32,000 bases of DNA, taken from positions 690,001-722,000 of the forward strand of contig NC_010163.1 of assembly GCF_000018785.1 (NCBI RefSeq), in the 5' to 3' direction. The translations under genes and the position numbers were made by a program. Source of the stretch: Acholeplasma laidlawii PG-8A. GTDB taxonomy: Bacteria; Bacillota_I; Bacilli_A; Acholeplasmatales; Acholeplasmataceae. The notes under the pieces are model-generated. The model was not told where the DNA came from. It was given only the letters and a program-made list of their open reading frames with translations, and did no database searches. Below are positions 28,045-32,000 of this stretch, in pieces (positions within the stretch are counted from its first letter, which is position 1; every line of letters begins with the position of its first letter).

Positions 28045-29363
28045 TATAAGATTGTCTCTTTGATTAAATCTAGTTTGATTTTATGCGGACCAACTACGTA
28101 AGAATTATTGACAATTTCAACTGCTTCTTTAAGTCCTTTTTCTTCGTGATAGATTGTACAGATAGTGTCGCCAACTTTAACTTCGTCACCAATCTTCTTA
28201 TGCAGGTCGATACCTACAAATAGATTGATTACATCATCTTTAGTTGCACGTCCTGCACCTAGTTTCATTGCAGCAATACCGAAGTTTAATGCATCTACTT
28301 TTTCTAAGAAACCAGCAACATTTGCTTTCACTTCATATGTCTTAGTTTTAGTTAAAATTTGATCTTTATTCTTTAAGAAATTTACATCTCCGCCTTGTGC
28401 TTTCACAAAGGTGTAGAATGTTTCTAGAGCACCACCATTACGTAGTGTATCATAAGATAATTTATAACCGCTTTCGTAATCTTTTACGACGCCAGCATGT
28501 TTTAATAAGTGTCCTGAAATTACAGCAACTACTTGAGTTAAATCTTCAGGCCCATGACCTTCAAGTGTTTCTACTGATTCATAAATTTCTAACGCATTAC
28601 CAATTTTATGTCCTAGAGGTTCTTCCATACCTGTAAGAATCGCAGTGACCTTTTTACCAGCCTTTTTACCGATATCTACCATGATGCGAGATAAAGCTTC
28701 ACCGTCTTCTAAAGTCTTCATAAATGCCCCAGAACCAACCTTAACATCAAGGACGATTGCATCAGCACCTGATGCTAATTTTTTACTCATAATAGAGGAT
28801 GCAATTAAAGGCATTGAGTCTACAGTTGCAGTAACATCTCTTAGTGCATACATCACTTTATCTGCAGGTGCAATATCGCCACTTTGGCCAACAATTGCAC
28901 AACCAATTTCTTTAACTTGGTTTTTAAATTGATCTAAAGGTAATACAACCTTAAATCCTGGAATGGATTCTAACTTATCAATTGTTCCACCGGTATGACC
29001 TAAACCTCTACCGCTCATTTTTGCTAGCTTAGCACCTAGGTGTGCAACTAATGGTGCAAGTACAATACTTACCTTATCACCCACGCCACCTGTAGAGTGC
29101 TTATCAACCTTTGTTCCTTTTATATCTGTTAAATCTAATACTTCTCCACTATCACGCATTGCTAGTGCAAGTGCTGTTGATTCTTCAATATCCATATCAT
29201 TAAAATATACAGCCATTAAAAAGGCTGACATTTGATAATCCGGTATTTGACCTTTTGTAAAACCGTTAACTATAAAAGATATTTCTTCAGCAGTTAATTT
29301 TTGATTATATTTTTTCTTGTTTATTAAATCGACCATTTGCATGTGACTTAAACCCCATTTCAT
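28044..29363 (-). CDS. pdp: Pyrimidine-nucleoside phosphorylase
   Basis: MVDLINKKKYNQKLTAEEI, DKHSTGGVGDKVSIVLAPLVA, KMSGRGLGHTGGTIDKLESI, DVKVGSGAFM. Likely start is internal: M10 (29336) or M12 (29330). Confidence 0.93.
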   Translation of the reverse strand: MKWGLSHMQMVDLINKKKYNQKLTAEEISFIVNGFTKGQIPDYQMSAFLMAVYFNDMDIEESTALALAMRDSGEVLDLTDIKGTKVDKHSTGGVGDKVSIVLAPLVAHLGAKLAKMSGRGLGHTGGTIDKLESIPGFKVVLPLDQFKNQVKEIGCAIVGQSGDIAPADKVMYALRDVTATVDSMPLIASSIMSKKLASGADAIVLDVKVGSGAFMKTLEDGEALSRIMVDIGKKAGKKVTAILTGMEEPLGHKIGNALEIYESVETLEGHGPEDLTQVVAVISGHLLKHAGVVKDYESGYKLSYDTLRNGGALETFYTFVKAQGGDVNFLKNKDQILTKTKTYEVKANVAGFLEKVDALNFGIAAMKLGAGRATKDDVINLFVGIDLHKKIGDEVKVGDTICTIYHEEKGLKEAVEIVNNSYVVGPHKIKLDLIKETIL

Positions 29364-29387
29364 TTTATTATTTTTTTAAATTCATTT

Positions 29388-29693
29388 TTAACCGTTTAAT
29401 ACCATAAATATTAATACAATGATTCCTATCACTACTACAATCTTTAAAGACTTCTTGATTAAGGATAATAAGCCCATGATGAGTAATAGACCTAAGAATC
29501 CTACAAAGACAATTTGTAGTAAAACAGGAAATGAATTAAAGTAATCGAAAGCCCCTTGCCACCAACCATCGGTTGTTGGTTTTAAAAGTGGATCTAACCA
29601 TCCAGTCGCACTTTCGAACCATGAAACGATAGTTTCCCATATATTTAGTAAAACTTCTTGCCAATTGTTTAAAATTATCATTTTGTTCACCAT
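29388..29693 (-). CDS. Small membrane protein, hypothetical
   Basis: 101 aa with two hydrophobic segments (FPVLLQIVFVGFLGLLLIMGLLSLI, IVVVIGIIVLIFMVL). Confidence 0.5.
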   Translation of the reverse strand: MVNKMIILNNWQEVLLNIWETIVSWFESATGWLDPLLKPTTDGWWQGAFDYFNSFPVLLQIVFVGFLGLLLIMGLLSLIKKSLKIVVVIGIIVLIFMVLNG

Positions 29694-29764
29694 TTCCTTT
29701 ACTATATTATTCTATCAAATTATAGCCTTGATTAAAAGGGTGAGCTTTGATATAATTACACACG

Positions 29765-30343
29765 GTGATAAAAATGATATTAGCAATGGTTAGACACGGT
29801 GAAACCGATTATAACAAGCAACGTTTAATCCAAGGTAGAATCGATAATGTCTTAAATGAAAACGGAAAAAACCAGGCACATACTTTAGGAACATACCTAA
29901 AAGAAAACAATGAAACATTTGATGTTCTAATGACATCTCCAATGCTTAGAGCAAAAGAGACAGCACAAATTCTTGGAAGCCATTTAAATATGACTATCAC
30001 AAGCGAGCATGTTGCATTTATCGAAAGGGACTTTGGACCTTTTGAAGGTAAGTCAGTGGCAGAAACATTACCATTCATAACTAAACATGATTTTAAGACA
30101 AAAGGTTATGAAGATAATGAGGCACTCTTAAAAAGATTAAGTGATGCAGTAAATGATTTATACAAGACACATCAAGGTAAGAAGGTATTACTTGTTGTTC
30201 ATGCACATGTAATCAAGTCATTACTTATATTAGCAGACTTTGAAAAGTACGATTACATTACGCATTATGTAGGTAATTCAAGCATCGTATATTTCGATGT
30301 TAAACCTGATCAAATATCTGTATTAAATCAAATTGATTTATAG
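29765..30343 (+). CDS. Histidine phosphatase (phosphoglycerate-mutase-like)
   Basis: MVRHGETDYNKQRLIQGRIDNVLNENG, ERDFGPFEGK, VVHAHVIKSLL. Confidence 0.88.
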   Translation: MIKMILAMVRHGETDYNKQRLIQGRIDNVLNENGKNQAHTLGTYLKENNETFDVLMTSPMLRAKETAQILGSHLNMTITSEHVAFIERDFGPFEGKSVAETLPFITKHDFKTKGYEDNEALLKRLSDAVNDLYKTHQGKKVLLVVHAHVIKSLLILADFEKYDYITHYVGNSSIVYFDVKPDQISVLNQIDL

Positions 30344-30486
30344 CTAATAATCAAAAGGAAACTTGTAAAAAGGGTTTCTTTTTTTTAGAAAAAATATTAA
30401 CATACAAAATCAACGATTTCTCATTGACTTTATAAGTTTTTGCAGTAAAATTGAGTTTGTATGTACATTATAAGGAGGTTTTGCAA

Positions 30487-31812
30487 ATGGAAATAGGGTT
30501 ATTGTTAACAAAGGTTGCAGTAATTTTATTTGTTGGTTTTATTGGTAGTTTAATTGCTAGAAAATTCAAATTACCAAACGTCTCAGGCTATTTGGTACTT
30601 GGTCTACTTATAGGACCATCTCTAGGGCTTATTTTCCCTGGTTATGAAGGTTTTATTACAAGTAGTGACCAAGATGTCTTTGGCTTTATTAGTGAGCTTG
30701 CGCTCGCGTTTATTGCTTTTTCAATCGGTAGTGAATTTGCAATTAAAAGAGTGAAGAAAATGGGCAAGGAAATTTCAGTAATTACATTACTAGAAGTTCT
30801 AGGTGCAGTATCTTTAGTATTTATAGCTATGCTATTTATTCCAAAACCAGACAGTATGTCCTCAGGGTATAATCCGTTTTCTAATTCCAGCATTGCATTT
30901 GCATTAATCTTAGCTTCTATGTCTGCTGCAACAGCTCCAGCTGCTACCTTAATGGTCATGCGTCAATATAGAGCTAATGGTCCAGTATCTAAGGCAATTG
31001 TTCCAATTACAGCTTTAGATGATATCTTTGGCATCATAATCTTTGGATTCTTCTTATCCATTGCACAACTATTACTACCTCAAGGTGATCCACTTCCGGT
31101 ATGGCTAATGATCTCAAAACCATTCATTGAAGTATTTGGGTCATTGATTATTGGGTTAATTATTGGTATTGCTTTATCCTATGGTGCTAAAAAGTTTGAC
31201 AAGATTTCTGATGATATTCAAGTCTTATCATTGATTGCAATATTTGCTACAGTTGGTGGATTAACATTAATGAATCATTACATGAGTGACTTCGGTATTT
31301 CATTCTCACCATTACTAGCAAATATTATGGTAGGTTCTGTTATTGCAAATATTGCACTTAAACCAAATCGTACCTTCCAATCGATTAATGATTTAGCTAC
31401 TCCGTTTTATATTATATTCTTCACATTAGCGGGTGCTTCATTAGACTTAGGTATCTTACGTCAAGATTATTTAATACTAATTATCGCTGCAACCTATATT
31501 ATTGCTCGCGGAAGTGGTAAAATATTAGGTACAATGGCTGGTGCTCAAATGGTCAACTCACATCCAAACGTTAAGAAGTATTTAGGTTTTGCACTTCTAC
31601 CTCAAGGTGGTGTATCTATTGGGTTACTCACTATTGTTGCTGTGCAGATGACTCAACTATATCCTATAATAGCTGCAGTTATTATGTTATCTGTATTAGT
31701 ATATGAAACAATGGGACCTGTTTTTGCTAAATACTCACTCACTAAATCTGATGAGTTATATGGTCTTGATAAACTTAATGAATCTATGTTCGAAGAAGAT
31801 ACAGAAAATTAA
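30487..31812 (+). CDS. Cation:proton antiporter (CPA2/KefB-NapA type)
   Basis: Multiple TMs; SGYLVLGLLIGPSLGL, FIAFSIGSEF, MSAATAPAATLMVMRQYRANGPVSKAIVPITALDDIFGI. Track ORF starts at 30451; AAGGAGG before ATG 30487 supports this start. Confidence 0.85.
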   Translation: MEIGLLLTKVAVILFVGFIGSLIARKFKLPNVSGYLVLGLLIGPSLGLIFPGYEGFITSSDQDVFGFISELALAFIAFSIGSEFAIKRVKKMGKEISVITLLEVLGAVSLVFIAMLFIPKPDSMSSGYNPFSNSSIAFALILASMSAATAPAATLMVMRQYRANGPVSKAIVPITALDDIFGIIIFGFFLSIAQLLLPQGDPLPVWLMISKPFIEVFGSLIIGLIIGIALSYGAKKFDKISDDIQVLSLIAIFATVGGLTLMNHYMSDFGISFSPLLANIMVGSVIANIALKPNRTFQSINDLATPFYIIFFTLAGASLDLGILRQDYLILIIAATYIIARGSGKILGTMAGAQMVNSHPNVKKYLGFALLPQGGVSIGLLTIVAVQMTQLYPIIAAVIMLSVLVYETMGPVFAKYSLTKSDELYGLDKLNESMFEEDTEN

Positions 31813-31826
31813 TAAGGAGAAAACTT

Positions 31827-32000
31827 ATGGAAGCTTTATTTATAGTATTAAACGACTTAACCTTTATGGATGATATTCTTGATAAATTTATTGAGTTACA
31901 CATTAAAGGTGCAACTATCATTGATTCACAAGGTATGGCGCAAGCAATCATTGAAAAAGATGGTGGTGGACAAGGTTTATTTTCTGGTCCATTCTACAAA
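31827..32000 (+). CDS. Start of a small protein, possibly PII-like/regulatory (partial)
   Basis: MEALFIVLNDLTFMDDILDKFIELHIKGATIIDSQGMAQAIIEKDGGGQGLFSGPFYK..., SD AAGGAG, frame open to the window end. Confidence 0.55.
   Translation, partial: MEALFIVLNDLTFMDDILDKFIELHIKGATIIDSQGMAQAIIEKDGGGQGLFSGPFYK

Noticed and set aside
1-32000. Use of the Mycoplasma genetic code (UGA = Trp).
   Set aside because: Several ORFs end at UGA in operonic overlaps (for example hemW/xerD and xerD/deoB) and tryptophans are encoded by TGG, consistent with code 11.
1-32000. CRISPR array, rRNA/tRNA genes, IS elements, anti-phage or toxin-antitoxin systems.
   Set aside because: No regularly spaced direct repeats, no tRNA/rRNA-like sequences and no transposase, Cas, restriction or TA-like proteins were seen on manual reading.

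Overview
This 32 kb window comes from an AT-rich, low-GC Gram-positive or Mollicute-type chromosome. It resembles Acholeplasma: gene content fits, UGA is used as stop, and no cell-wall genes are seen. Positions 1-12.7 kb hold a maltodextrin/starch utilisation region: a MalF-type permease (5'-partial view), MalE, a secreted protein with duplicated carbohydrate-binding-like segments, a YvdJ-like DUF1189 protein, an RDD protein, secreted type I pullulanase, a small lipoprotein, an alpha-amylase lipoprotein and an MsmX/UgpC-type ATPase. LacI/CcpA/MalR-like operators lie upstream of these genes. Positions 12.7-25.3 kb hold glutathione peroxidase, a CorC/CNNM-type transporter preceded by a probable coupled 22-aa leader peptide, an FMN-bind-like lipoprotein, a 5TMR-PAS-GGDEF-HD-GYP c-di-GMP protein, a TPM/LemA pair, lepA, two unlisted small ORFs, hemW, xerD and deoB. 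Positions 25.4-27.2 kb form a ~1.8 kb intergenic region with no ORF of 60 aa or more. It is rich in inverted repeats and TTTACTA/TAGTAAA motifs and contains a 28-bp sequence matching the classical XerCD dif site at 23/28 positions. Flanking genes converge on it and local GC skew appears to flip near it, so it is a candidate replication-terminus / dimer-resolution region, 2.4 kb from xerD. After it come yneF, rsmD, pdp, a small membrane protein, a histidine phosphatase, a cation:proton antiporter and the start of a small regulatory-like protein. The best leads are the dif/terminus region, the CorC leader peptide, and the promoter-small ORF-terminator units between lepA and hemW.
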